From Methanobacteriota archaeon (GTDB lineage Archaea > Halobacteriota > Bog-38 > Methanoflorentales > Methanoflorentaceae): 64,000 nucleotides of DNA. The stretch is from NCBI GenBank assembly GCA_963720465.1, contig OY970393.1, positions 1,984,001 through 2,048,000 of the forward strand. The letters are read 5' to 3'. The position numbers and the translations under genes are program-made. The notes under the pieces were generated by a model. The model saw only the letters and a program-made list of their open reading frames with translations. It was not told the origin of the DNA and ran no database searches. Positions within the stretch are counted from its first letter, which is position 1. Each line of letters opens with the position of its first letter. Below, piece by piece: positions 50,439 to 60,561 of this stretch.

Positions 50439-51416
50439 ATGACGAACATCGAGACAGAGAGAAAGCTAATCGAAATCCTACGAATTCTCGACGAAACTGA
50501 TGAGGCTATCGGAGCGCGGATGATCTCCGCAAACTTAAGTCAACGAGGATACCCGATAGGAGAACGCGCCGTACGCCACTATTTGGTGCTGCTTGATTAC
50601 AAAGGCTTTACGACTAAAATCGGTAACGCAGGCAGAGTCATCACCGAAAAAGGCCTGAAAGAGTTGGATGAAGCGATAGTTGGAGATCGGGTCGGATTTG
50701 TCATAACCAAGATCGACGAGCTGGTTTACCGGACGAGTTTCGACCTGAAGCTGAGAAATGGTGACATCATAGTCAATGTCGCGACTATCGACAAGAATGA
50801 CTTCGATGTTGCAATAGAAGCGGCAGCCGAGACTATAGATAGCGGATACACTGTTAGCCCGTACGTGCGTGTTCTAGAGGAGGGGGATAAGGTTGGTGCC
50901 GTCTTCATTCCTTATGGGTCTGTAGGACTCGTGACTATGTGTAGCATGACTGTCGATGGCATCTTAATCAAGCACGGGATCCCGTCTAGCATCAAATATG
51001 GGGGGCTTCTCGGAATCAAAAACAGCCAGCCAATCGCCTACACTGATCTCATCTCATACGGCGGAACTTCGCTCGATCCGATTCAAATATTCACCGCACG
51101 ACGTATGACCTCCATTTTGGCTGCAGCACGGAGCGGAGAAGGCACGGTCCTCGCTAACGTTAGAACCGTGCCGGCTGTCGCATCTGAAAAATCCATCGAA
51201 CTGCTCTTGGACGCTAAAAAAGCAGGCATCGTCGGCTGGATCGAGAGCCCCATGCAGGAAAGTTCGCCTGGAATCTGCGCTGAAAATGACGTTGTCGAGA
51301 TCAACAATTACGCCGGAGCAAATCCAATGGCGGCACTTTATGAGCTGGAAATAGCCGTGAAGGTGCATTCGATCTCAGCTCTCATGGATGTAAAGCTCCT
51401 TAATCAACGATTGTAA
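50439..51416 (+). CDS. nrpR: Global nitrogen repressor NrpR (wHTH plus one NRD domain)
   Basis: EILRIL…IGAR…GERAVR HTH, CSMTVDG and YGGTSLDP motifs; upstream of glnA. Confidence 0.92.
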   Translation: MTNIETERKLIEILRILDETDEAIGARMISANLSQRGYPIGERAVRHYLVLLDYKGFTTKIGNAGRVITEKGLKELDEAIVGDRVGFVITKIDELVYRTSFDLKLRNGDIIVNVATIDKNDFDVAIEAAAETIDSGYTVSPYVRVLEEGDKVGAVFIPYGSVGLVTMCSMTVDGILIKHGIPSSIKYGGLLGIKNSQPIAYTDLISYGGTSLDPIQIFTARRMTSILAAARSGEGTVLANVRTVPAVASEKSIELLLDAKKAGIVGWIESPMQESSPGICAENDVVEINNYAGANPMAALYELEIAVKVHSISALMDVKLLNQRL

Positions 51417-51505
51417 GCACCGCTGACCTGTGCTGCTTGGCGCTGCGATCAGCCTTCTCCGCAGGGTAGCGTTGGAAATGCTTATATTTCATTACTGCCT
51501 AAAGC

Positions 51506-51519
51506 GGAACGTAATTTCC
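51506..51519 (+). promoter_or_regulatory. NrpR operator GGAA-N6-TTCC upstream of glnA
   Basis: GGAA-CGTAAT-TTCC about 20 bp downstream of a TTATAT box (51482). Confidence 0.88.
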
Positions 51520-51548
51520 TACTGAGAATTACGAACAGGAGATTTTCC

Positions 51549-52880
51549 ATGGCAGAAACGAAGGACAAAGACTATGTTGTGGCCCAAGTCGAAGAACATG
51601 GCATCAGGTTCATTCGACTCTGGTTTACGGACATCCTCGGCTCTCTGAAAAGCTTTGCAATCACAACAGACGAGCTCGAAGGGGCTCTCGATGAAGGAAT
51701 GGGCTTCGATGGCTCCTCAATCATCGGCTATCAGACGATTGAGGAGTCGGATATGATTGCGAAGCCGGATCCCAGCACGTTTGCGATATTGCCGTGGCGG
51801 CCAAAAGAAAAGGGCGTTGCGCGAGTCATCTGCGACGTGCTTGAACCGTCGGGGAAGCCGTATGAGGGGGATCCCAGGTACGTCCTCAAAAGAAATCTCC
51901 AGCGAGCAGAGAAGAAAGGCCTCACATTCAACATTGGGCCGGAACTTGAGTATTTCTATTTTGCAAACAATCAATGCGCTGATATCATTGATACCGGCGG
52001 GTACTTCGATCTTACCCCGTTGGATCAGGCGACTGATCTTCGGAGAGACACGATATTTGCGCTGCAAGACATGGGCATTCGTGTTGAGTATAGTCACCAC
52101 GAGGTTGGCCCTAGCCAACACGAGATTGATCTGCGCTACGCTGACGCTTTGACAATGTCCGACAGCGTCATGACGTACCGCCTCGTCGTTAAGGAGATCG
52201 CGCTACGGGCAGGCTACTATGCTACATTTATGCCGAAGCCCATACCTGGTGAGAACGGAAGCGGCATGCACACGCACCAATCGCTGTTTAGCGGAAAGAA
52301 GAATGCATTTTTCGACCCCAATGACGCGTACCATCTGTCAGACATGGGCAAGGGATTCATTGCTGGGCAGCTGAAACACGTTAACGAATTCTGTCTCGTC
52401 ATGAGTCAATGGGTGAACTCATACAAGCGACTGGTTCCCGGCTATGAAGCGCCTGTTTACATTTCGTGGGCGCGGCGAAATAGATCGGCACTGATACGAG
52501 TGCCAATGTATAAGCCTGGGAATGAGCTCGCAACGAGGGTAGAACTGCGTTGCCCCGATCCGGCCTGTAATCCCTATCTCACCTTTGCCGTAATGCTGGC
52601 AAGCGGGCTGGACGGAATCGAAAAGGGCTACGACCTCCCTGACCCCGTCGAGAAGGACATCTTCAAAATGACGCCGCAACAGCTCGATGCACACGGCATT
52701 GGTTCACTCCCCGAGAACTTGGGACTCGCCATAAAAGAGACCGAGAACTCAGAACTCGTGCGACGCGCACTCGGCAATCACGTCTTTGACCGTCTCATCC
52801 AACTCAAAAAGAAAGAGTGGGATGAGTATCGCATCCAGGTATCCCAGTACGAGCTCGAACGGTACCTGCCTGTTTTGTAA
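51549..52880 (+). CDS. glnA: Glutamine synthetase type I
   Basis: FDGSS, HHEV, TFMPKP…NGSGMH, KRLVPGYEAP and ELRCPDPACNPYL motifs. Confidence 0.98.
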   Translation: MAETKDKDYVVAQVEEHGIRFIRLWFTDILGSLKSFAITTDELEGALDEGMGFDGSSIIGYQTIEESDMIAKPDPSTFAILPWRPKEKGVARVICDVLEPSGKPYEGDPRYVLKRNLQRAEKKGLTFNIGPELEYFYFANNQCADIIDTGGYFDLTPLDQATDLRRDTIFALQDMGIRVEYSHHEVGPSQHEIDLRYADALTMSDSVMTYRLVVKEIALRAGYYATFMPKPIPGENGSGMHTHQSLFSGKKNAFFDPNDAYHLSDMGKGFIAGQLKHVNEFCLVMSQWVNSYKRLVPGYEAPVYISWARRNRSALIRVPMYKPGNELATRVELRCPDPACNPYLTFAVMLASGLDGIEKGYDLPDPVEKDIFKMTPQQLDAHGIGSLPENLGLAIKETENSELVRRALGNHVFDRLIQLKKKEWDEYRIQVSQYELERYLPVL

Positions 52881-52944
52881 AGAGCGTTTTAGGGCGGAGA
52901 ACGCGCGGGCTGCTCCGCTCTAATCTTTTTTTGTTTTTTGCTTT

Positions 52945-53631
52945 CTATCGGACGAGATCGACCGGGATTATCTCTTCGTGAATCGCCGTCGAAAGAATAA
53001 CGCCTGCAGCGCCGAGATCTTCGAGCGTATCTAAGTCTTCACTGTTCTTTACTCCGCCGGCGACAACAACTGGATGTCCCGAAACGTCGATCACCCTCTC
53101 TATGAAATCAAAGTCGACCCCGTGCTTCGTTCCCACCAGGTCGATATTCAGCACGAGCAGTTCGCTCATCTTGTAGAGGTTCATCCTCTCGATAACCTCA
53201 AGAGGATCCCCGGAAAGTGCTGGATCGGGGGACATGGCGCTTCCCTCCCTCATGTCGATGCTGACGGCGATCCTCATCGATTGAGCTGCTCGAATCACGC
53301 CGAGGCTGCCCGTTTCGGTGCCAATTATCGCTGTATCACCAATTCGCTCAGCCTCTCGGACATCATCGAGCCGCCGGATCCCCATATCGATAAGGGTTTT
53401 TGTGCGTGCGCCTATTTGTTGGATAATGAGTGAGTTGCTACCTGACCCGAGGATCCGATCGAGATCCGCGACGTACGTCCTCCTTGGCTTAATGGCGTCA
53501 ACGACATTTAGCGGATCTGATGTCGTGCAGATCTTACTATGGCGTTCAATAGGTTCATATCGTTCTCGATCGCCTCTGTAGCCTTTTACGACGACTCCGC
53601 CCCTAATGTCCATTGCAAAGATAATATCCAT
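52945..53631 (-). CDS. HisA/HisF-related TIM-barrel protein of methanogens
   Basis: MDIRGGVVV, YVADLDRI, IIGTET and VAGGVK motifs; start at ATG 53631 after GGTGA RBS. Confidence 0.85.
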   Translation of the reverse strand: MDIIFAMDIRGGVVVKGYRGDRERYEPIERHSKICTTSDPLNVVDAIKPRRTYVADLDRILGSGSNSLIIQQIGARTKTLIDMGIRRLDDVREAERIGDTAIIGTETGSLGVIRAAQSMRIAVSIDMREGSAMSPDPALSGDPLEVIERMNLYKMSELLVLNIDLVGTKHGVDFDFIERVIDVSGHPVVVAGGVKNSEDLDTLEDLGAAGVILSTAIHEEIIPVDLVR

Positions 53632-53779
53632 CGGTTCACCCCTCACTAAGCATATCGTCCGCACGGGAAAAACGTATTGGTCTCGCTTTGTTTCGCTGTA
53701 GGTGCCCGGACTGCGAGACTGCGGACACATCGAAACGTCCGCGTGTCGCGGGAAGCACCGCTCATCCGAGCAAACGGGG

Positions 53780-54700
53780 TCAGAGTCGGGCCAAAAGCTC
53801 CTGTTTCTTGGCCGCGAACTCCTCCTCAGTGATAACTCCTTGCTCTTTGAGATCGGCCAAATTACCGAGCAAGGTGCACGGGTCGGCGGCCTGCAGCTGC
53901 CCTTGTCCGCTCCGTCGCGCTTCGAATGCCTCGGTGAAGCCAGCGCCGACAATGGCGATCGGAATGGCAAAAGTGGCTATGCCTAAGAACATTGCAAAGA
54001 CTGCTAAGATTCTCCCGAGCGCTGTCGTAGGGACAAGATCCCCGTAGCCTACGGTGGTTAAGGTCTGGGCCGCCCACCACCCAGCGGCAGGAATGCTTGA
54101 AAAATCGTGCGGGTCTACCGGATGCTCAATAATGAACATGAAGCTTGAGAAGGTTATCAACAAGATTATGTCGATTGCAAGCGCCGTAGCGAGTTCGTTT
54201 CTTTTCGCTTTTAGAATATCGAGAACGAAGGTGAATACACTAGAGTACGTGAGCAGTTTGAGCATGATGAGAATTATCGCGGCATCGATGATTACGTCTG
54301 CTCCGGGAAACAATGGCTTGGCATAAAAAGGCACAATGACAATCAGATTTATGAGCAGCGATGTAGTAAAAAGGCATTTTAGTCTGCCTTTGATCGGACT
54401 GCTAAACCGCGGATCTACCGTGCAAGACCACAAACGGAGTAAAAGTTCGATGGTAAAAACCACGATTGCAAAAGCAAATACTGCGTCAAAGAGCTCGTGA
54501 TATCTTTGGTATATGCTGCTGTAGCTGGCGAGTATGGCGAGGAATACGAGTAACCAGATCAGTGCTATCAAAAAGAAACGTACGCGCGTAGCTGTCGAAG
54601 CATCGCGACGGTGCGCCGCAACGACGCGGGCCTCACCTACAGGAAGAGGCTGGAAAATCGCGAATACGCGACGCTTCAGTTCTTCATTCTGCTTGGACAT
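53780..54700 (-). CDS. Voltage-gated-type potassium channel with C-terminal SHOCT domain
   Basis: Selectivity filter TTVGYGD; LADLKEQGVITEEEFAAKKQELL. Confidence 0.92.
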   Translation of the reverse strand: MSKQNEELKRRVFAIFQPLPVGEARVVAAHRRDASTATRVRFFLIALIWLLVFLAILASYSSIYQRYHELFDAVFAFAIVVFTIELLLRLWSCTVDPRFSSPIKGRLKCLFTTSLLINLIVIVPFYAKPLFPGADVIIDAAIILIMLKLLTYSSVFTFVLDILKAKRNELATALAIDIILLITFSSFMFIIEHPVDPHDFSSIPAAGWWAAQTLTTVGYGDLVPTTALGRILAVFAMFLGIATFAIPIAIVGAGFTEAFEARRSGQGQLQAADPCTLLGNLADLKEQGVITEEEFAAKKQELLARL

Positions 54701-55595
54701 GCCCGGCTTCCAGGTTCTGAATCGAAATAGTGCACCCCAATAGTGAACGTCAATTTGCGTATAAATGCGTTGTGATCTTCTACGAGCGCTGTTCCGTGAT
54801 TTATAGTCGGTAGCTTGCGCCAGCTTGTCAACGTGCTCTTAGTTCCGCACGTTCTGACGATGATGAGAATCAAATCTTTAAGCTTTCGTCAGCGAAGGCG
54901 CACAAAGCTATTCAGAGATGCACGCAACCACGGAAGCCTGAGCTACTGATCAGGCGCCAGGCGGTCGCGTCACAAGGCGTTCAACAAGAAGTTTGCGGCC
55001 ACCACTTTGCGAGCGAGCAAGCGATTGCCACTTGCTTGACCGCTCGGAGCAAACTTAACAAGGTCGAACGGTTGCACAATGCAGTGAAGAGGCGGGTAAA
55101 AGTAATGTGGGGGTTACACAGCGACAGATGTGCTGTGTATTTCATCAGGACTTAAGACATATTATGATTTCTTTAGGCGTAGTCAAGCGCCCGGAGGGAA
55201 AACGCAGGCCGAGGCTGTGACTATTGATTTGGATTGAGGAGAAAATAAGTGGCTGGCGGTCGACCCCGATCCCGGAAAAAAAGATTGTTTGATACTGTAG
55301 TGTCAGCATTGCACTGACGATATTGTGTGCACTCCTCAGCGCAGCAGTCACCGTCATACTCATGCTGACGCTTGACATAGTTTTCTAATAACAATTCACG
55401 AGTAGCGTACAAGAGAGCGAAATTACAAGTGCGCATCGCTAAAGATGCGTTTTCTTTTTTTTCCTAACGTGACGCATTATCACGGTAAAATAGTATGCTT
55501 AGATTGCGTGCAGTTTTTTTGGCTATGTGCAAGACGTCTGAGGAGATTCAGTTCAGGTTGTGGCACTGAATTTCCTCCGCGTGGTTATTTTGAGA

Positions 55596-56090
55596 TTAAA
55601 CTGGGAACAGCGGCGCGAAATACTTCCTATAGATTCCGAGCAAATGCTTACAATTTACAGCTTCTACGGCTTTGAAATCTAAGGTCTGGTAATCTTCTAG
55701 TTTGATTGATATTTCGAGCATCGGCTTAGGTTCTCGTCGGCGTCCAGATTCGGTCTGGAAGCTGAAGTTCTGTTTCGTAATACGCACACACTTTGCTTCG
55801 CCTTTCAGTGGCACTAGCTCAATTATCTCAGGTTCTGTTCCTTTTTCTACCTCTAAAAAGTCTTTTACTTTTATGCAATAGCCTTCCAAAAATATCCATA
55901 AATCTTCAAGCATTGTCTGGCCATCCTGTGGAGAACTTGTAATGAAGATGTCTTGGATGTCTTTAGGAAGAGGCAACTTTCGGGCTTCGCGCAAAAAGTA
56001 AGCAACCTGCTCGTTGTAAGCCCAAGCCCATATTTCCTCTAGATAACCCTTGAAGTCCTCTAAGAGTATATTTCGTTCAATTTCGTTCAT
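55596..56090 (-). CDS. Hypothetical protein (AT-richer than neighbours)
   Basis: 164-aa ORF, no recognised motif. Confidence 0.6.
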   Translation of the reverse strand: MNEIERNILLEDFKGYLEEIWAWAYNEQVAYFLREARKLPLPKDIQDIFITSSPQDGQTMLEDLWIFLEGYCIKVKDFLEVEKGTEPEIIELVPLKGEAKCVRITKQNFSFQTESGRRREPKPMLEISIKLEDYQTLDFKAVEAVNCKHLLGIYRKYFAPLFPV

Positions 56091-56158
56091 GCTGTCTTCC
56101 AGAAGTTCTTAGAAGGCTATTAAGTATCTGCTTCTTATTCTTCTACGCAATCATTCTT

Positions 56159-56182
56159 TTTCACCAACCGTTTCACCAACCG
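56159..56182. repeat. Tandem 12-bp direct repeat
   Basis: TTTCACCAACCG x2. Confidence 0.7.
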
Positions 56183-56227
56183 CTGATTCAACAGTTACGC
56201 CAACCTGAGTCTCACCAGAGCCAATTT

Positions 56228-56317
56228 GAGGCTTTGTAAAAGAAGTGCCGTTTGTTAAAAAAGTCACGCCCCTGTTAAAAAAGTCAGCTCGTTTTCCTAC
56301 TAATTTTACAAAGCCCC
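56228..56317. mobile_element. 90-bp MITE with 14-bp TIRs and 5-bp target-site duplication
   Basis: GAGGCTTTGTAAAA (56228-41) and TTTTACAAAGCCCC (56304-17) match 13/14; AATTT on both flanks; internal TGTTAAAAAAGTCA x2. Confidence 0.75.
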
Positions 56318-56347
56318 AATTTGACTAACTTTTATATAGAATTGAAA

Positions 56348-56362
56348 CTAACTATAAGTTAG
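56348..56362 (+). promoter_or_regulatory. HSR1-type heat-shock operator CTAAC-N5-GTTAG
   Basis: CTAAC-TATAA-GTTAG just downstream of TATA box TTTTATATA (56330-56338). Confidence 0.85.
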
Positions 56363-56403
56363 TGTTACGATCCATTCCGACCGTGACACGCCAAGAAAGA
56401 GCA

Positions 56404-57057
56404 ATGGACGAAGCAGCACTCCTTGACATTCTCGGCAATGAAAATCGCCGCAATATCCTGAAACTCCTGTCGCTGCGGCCATTTTACGTGACCGAGATTT
56501 CGGAAAGACTACGCGTGGCGCCAAAGGCTGTGATCAGCCATCTGAGCATGCTCGAGCGGGCTGGCATTATCGCGTTCTTTGTCGACGAGCGAAGGCGGAA
56601 GTACTTCCACATCGCCGACAACGTGCTGCTTGAGATTCAAATCTCTCCGTTCAGCTATGACGTCGAAACTGCGAACCCTAGACAGAAGGAACCAAGCGTC
56701 ACTGAGTTCTCAACTCCGATAGGCGAGATACAACTCAAGACGCGCAGTCTAGCCGACGTGGCTGAAACACTCGATAGCCTTAGAAGGGCAAACCGTGAAC
56801 TAATGGGCGCCCAGCGAAGGGTACAAGAGTTGATGAATGAAGTGATGGAACGTGGCGCGAGGAAAATCGACGGAATATCGCATGACTTCATTGAATATGA
56901 CATCCTTTCGCTGCTGCTAACCGGGCCGAAGACTGTCCGTCAGTTGTCAGCAGGGCTCGCGATACCTGGCCAGGTGCTGTCAGAGCGCCTACTCGACCTC
57001 GAAAAACGAGGGAAAATAAGAAGAATAGATGCCAAGACGTACTGGCTGGCGAGGTAG
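56404..57057 (+). CDS. ArsR-family heat-shock repressor (HSR1/Phr-like)
   Basis: LDILGNENRRNIL…PFYVTEIS…PKAVISHL…RRKYF; first gene of a cdc48-hsp20 operon. Confidence 0.9.
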   Translation: MDEAALLDILGNENRRNILKLLSLRPFYVTEISERLRVAPKAVISHLSMLERAGIIAFFVDERRRKYFHIADNVLLEIQISPFSYDVETANPRQKEPSVTEFSTPIGEIQLKTRSLADVAETLDSLRRANRELMGAQRRVQELMNEVMERGARKIDGISHDFIEYDILSLLLTGPKTVRQLSAGLAIPGQVLSERLLDLEKRGKIRRIDAKTYWLAR

Positions 57058-57111
57058 GAATGTATAAGCTCATAAACGCATCACGCGCACGAAATAGGAG
57101 ACAATCGAAAA

Positions 57112-59352
57112 ATGACAGAAGAAGTAACGCTTAAAGTCGTCGAGGCGTATCATCGCGACGCGGGAAGGGGAATCGCCCGAATCGACATGGATACCATGCG
57201 ACAACTCGGGCTCGTAAGTGGCGACATCATCGAGATAATGGGCCGCAACAGAGCAGCCGCAGTGGTGTGGCCGGCATACCCAGAGGACCGCGGCCTCGGC
57301 ATCATCAGAATCGATGGTAACATTCGCGGTAACGCACACGTTGGCATCGACGACAAAGTCGTCATTAGCAAGGCAAAATCGAATCCGGCAGTGAAGATCA
57401 CGCTGGCCCCCACCCAACCGGTGCGCATCGTCGGCGGCGAGGATTATCTCATGCGATTCCTCGAGGGGCGTCCGGTGCAGAAGGGCGAGACCCTTCGGGT
57501 CGAAATGCTGGGCAATCCGATAACTTTTGTAATCACCGCCACCCAGCCAGCAGGCATAGTTATCGCCGGGAAGAGCACGCAAATAACGCTTAAAGAAAAG
57601 CCGACGGTGGCGGCGGAACGTTCGATTTCTCACGTCACCTACGAGGATATCGGAGGCCTCAAACGCGAGCTCGCCTTGGTTCGAGAAATGATTGAGTTGC
57701 CGCTACGGCACCCAGAGCTATTCCAAAAGCTTGGCATCGATCCGCCAAAAGGCGTCTTGCTCTACGGCCCACCGGGCACGGGAAAGACACTCATTGCGAA
57801 AGCCGTCGCGAATGAGACGGACGCCTACTTCATCAACATCAGCGGCCCGGAGATAATGAGCAAGTTTTACGGTGAGAGCGAACAGCACCTCCGGGAGCTG
57901 TTCAAGGAGGCGTCGGACAATACTCCTGCGATCATTTTTATAGACGAGATTGACGCGATCGCGCCCAAGCGGAGCGAAGTAACGGGGGAGGTGGAGCGGC
58001 GCGTCGTCGCACAGCTGCTCGCGCTAATGGACGGCCTCGAGGCGCGCGGAGAGGTCGTGGTGATCGCCGCTACCAATCGTCCGGAAGGAATCGATCCCGC
58101 GCTGCGGAGGCCCGGGCGATTTGACCGAGAGATCGAAATTGGAGTGCCCGATGCGGCTGGTCGTCTCCAAATATTACAGGTGCACACGAGGGGTATGCCC
58201 ATCGCCGGCGACGTGCGCCTGGAGAACCTTGCCCGTACGACGCACGGCTTCGTCGGTGCTGACCTCGCTGCCCTATCAAAAGAAGCGGCGATGCACGCAC
58301 TTCGAAAGATCCTTCCCGAGATTGACCTTGAACAAGAGATCTCACAAGATGTGCTCGATAAGCTCCAGGTCACCGCGGAAGACTTCACGAACGTCCAGAA
58401 GAACATCGAGCCTTCCGCGATGCGCGAGGTGTTTGTTGAGGCGCCGAACGTGAAATGGCAAGACGTCGGGGGGCTTGAAGCGCCCAAACAAGAGCTGATA
58501 GAGGCCGTGGAGTGGCCAATAAAATTCGCCGACGCGTTTAGTACGATCAACACGAAGCCGCCAAAGGGGGTGTTGCTCTTCGGCCCTCCAGGCACAGGAA
58601 AGACGCTCCTAGCCAAGGCGGTCGCAACGGAAAGCGAGGCTAACTTTATTAGCATAAAGGGGCCCGAGCTTTTGAGCAAATGGGTTGGCGAGTCGGAAAA
58701 AGGCGTGCGCGAGACGTTTCGGCGCGCCAAGCAGGTCTCACCGACCATCATCCTGTTCGATGAGCTTGACGCGGTAGCACCGACAAGAGGGGCGAGTTCA
58801 GACTCGCACGTGACGGAGCGGGTAGTAAGCCAGCTGCTGACCGAGCTCGATGGCTTAGAGGAGCTTAAGGACGTGGTGGTGATCGGCGCAACGAATCGGC
58901 CCGATATGGTTGATATTGCTCTCTTGCGGCCCGGACGACTTGACAGGCTCGTGTACATACCGCCCCCAAACGTGTCGAGTCGCGCGCAGATATTTGCGAT
59001 CCACCTACGCGGAAAGCCGCTGGCAGACGACGTCGACATCGAGCAGCTTGCCAAAGAGACCGATGGATACGTTGGTGCCGATATCGAAGCAATTTGTAGA
59101 GAAGGCGCGATGCTCGCTCTCCGAGGCTTCATCCGAGACGACATGACGCCCGAGCAGGTTAAAGAAGGGGCGCCGACGATACGGATTACGAAAGCGCATC
59201 TGTACGCTGCAATCAATCGGGTCAAGCCGACGGCGTCGCGCGACATCCTTCACCAGTATGAGAAGATCGCAACGGAGTTTGCAAAGTTCTCGGTTACGGA
59301 AGAAGAGCCGAAGGAGCATGCTGCAAAGCCTGAATTTGCAGGTTATGCATGA
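57112..59352 (+). CDS. cdc48: CDC48/VAT AAA+ ATPase
   Basis: N-domain [10 protein letters not shown] and two [11 protein letters not shown] modules. Confidence 0.97.
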   Translation: MTEEVTLKVVEAYHRDAGRGIARIDMDTMRQLGLVSGDIIEIMGRNRAAAVVWPAYPEDRGLGIIRIDGNIRGNAHVGIDDKVVISKAKSNPAVKITLAPTQPVRIVGGEDYLMRFLEGRPVQKGETLRVEMLGNPITFVITATQPAGIVIAGKSTQITLKEKPTVAAERSISHVTYEDIGGLKRELALVREMIELPLRHPELFQKLGIDPPKGVLLYGPPGTGKTLIAKAVANETDAYFINISGPEIMSKFYGESEQHLRELFKEASDNTPAIIFIDEIDAIAPKRSEVTGEVERRVVAQLLALMDGLEARGEVVVIAATNRPEGIDPALRRPGRFDREIEIGVPDAAGRLQILQVHTRGMPIAGDVRLENLARTTHGFVGADLAALSKEAAMHALRKILPEIDLEQEISQDVLDKLQVTAEDFTNVQKNIEPSAMREVFVEAPNVKWQDVGGLEAPKQELIEAVEWPIKFADAFSTINTKPPKGVLLFGPPGTGKTLLAKAVATESEANFISIKGPELLSKWVGESEKGVRETFRRAKQVSPTIILFDELDAVAPTRGASSDSHVTERVVSQLLTELDGLEELKDVVVIGATNRPDMVDIALLRPGRLDRLVYIPPPNVSSRAQIFAIHLRGKPLADDVDIEQLAKETDGYVGADIEAICREGAMLALRGFIRDDMTPEQVKEGAPTIRITKAHLYAAINRVKPTASRDILHQYEKIATEFAKFSVTEEEPKEHAAKPEFAGYA

Positions 59353-59402
59353 GATGAAACACACTCACCAAAAGCGTGAATGAAGAAAAGGAGGCTTAAA
59401 AA

Positions 59403-59891
59403 ATGGCGAAAAAACGAAGGAGTTTTTTCGATGACTTTTTCGGCGAAGGATTTGAAGAGCTGATGGATCAGATGCTGCGAGACCTGCAGGAAGGGAGGCA
59501 ACCAAAACCCTTCATTTACGGGTTCTCAATGACGCAGCACCCGGGCGAAGCGCCAGAAGTGCGAGAATTCGGGAATATCCAGCCCTTTGGCAGGAGCGTC
59601 AAGATGGAGGACGAGAGAAAGCCCCTGATTGACGTTATGGAGACGACTGAAGAAGTTCACGTTATTGCCGAGATGCCCGGCGTGGATCGAACGGATGTGC
59701 AGCTCGACACCACGGAGAGCAGACTCGATATCAAAGCCCAAAACGAGTTTAGAAAATACTCTGAAAGCGTTGAACTCCCCGTCAAGGTTGACCCACACAG
59801 CGCGAAGGCAACGTACCGAAATGGCGTTCTTGAGGTGAGGCTGAAACGCGTCCAACCTGAAGAAGAGAAGTCGCACATTAGCGTCGAATGA
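59403..59891 (+). CDS. Small heat-shock protein Hsp20
   Basis: PFIYGFS, PLIDV, AEMPGV and ATYRNGVLEV motifs. Confidence 0.95.
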   Translation: MAKKRRSFFDDFFGEGFEELMDQMLRDLQEGRQPKPFIYGFSMTQHPGEAPEVREFGNIQPFGRSVKMEDERKPLIDVMETTEEVHVIAEMPGVDRTDVQLDTTESRLDIKAQNEFRKYSESVELPVKVDPHSAKATYRNGVLEVRLKRVQPEEEKSHISVE

Positions 59892-59906
59892 AGGGGTTCA
59901 TCCTCT

Positions 59907-60557
59907 TCAAACTTCCTTTTTAATGGCATCGGGCAAGGTGCTTACGTCGCGCAGCACGAAATCGGGCTGGGCGCGGATCAGCAACTGACGCGTGGCAAAG
60001 CCGCAGAGCACCGCGGCCGTTTTTGTCCCCGCTTTTTTTCCCATAAGGATATCTTCGACCATGTCGCCCACGTAGAGCACCTCTGAGGCGACGACGCGCG
60101 CTTGTTCTATTGCCATACGCAAGGTTTCCGGCGCTGGCTTCCCGTGCTCAAATCCGACATCGTCGCCAAACAACATGGTATCGAAGTACGCCTCGATTCC
60201 TTGTTCAATGACTTCGCTCGTCACGCGCTCGCGAGACCCACCAGAGACGAGGCCAAGCTTCAAATGCCTCTTCTTCAGTTCAAGCAGAGCGTCGGCAGTA
60301 CCGTCGAACAGTACGCATTCCTTGTTGTGTCGCTCGTAGCAGTCCATCCACGCCGCGTCTGCGATTGCCCAGTCGTCTTCGCGTATCCCTAAGTACAAGT
60401 AGTAATCGTGATAGTTGGGACGACTCTCTTGGCGGAACTCTTCGAGGGTTACCTGTTGCAGGCCGAAAGCGTCCATGACGCCTAGATAGCTCTCGTACGT
60501 GGGAATGACCGAATTGTAAAGCGTCCCATCCCAGTCGAACATCACTGCTTTAAGCAC
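59907..60557 (-). CDS. HAD-superfamily phosphatase
   Basis: FDWDGTL, KPAP and YVGDMVED motifs. Confidence 0.92.
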   Translation of the reverse strand: MLKAVMFDWDGTLYNSVIPTYESYLGVMDAFGLQQVTLEEFRQESRPNYHDYYLYLGIREDDWAIADAAWMDCYERHNKECVLFDGTADALLELKKRHLKLGLVSGGSRERVTSEVIEQGIEAYFDTMLFGDDVGFEHGKPAPETLRMAIEQARVVASEVLYVGDMVEDILMGKKAGTKTAAVLCGFATRQLLIRAQPDFVLRDVSTLPDAIKKEV

Positions 60558-60561
60558 GTCC

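Noticed and set aside
53632-53970. 113-aa N-terminal extension on the HisA-like ORF
   Set aside because: Overlaps the K+ channel gene; family similarity starts at ATG 53631, which has an RBS
54854-54866. CTGA-CGA-TGATGA resembling C/D-box sRNA D'/C' boxes
   Set aside because: No C box upstream or D box downstream at suitable distances
57867-59246. 459-aa antisense ORF, and similar ones such as 49437-50129 and 37380-38015
   Set aside because: Shadow frames opposite highly conserved genes (cdc48, UPF0210, atwA)
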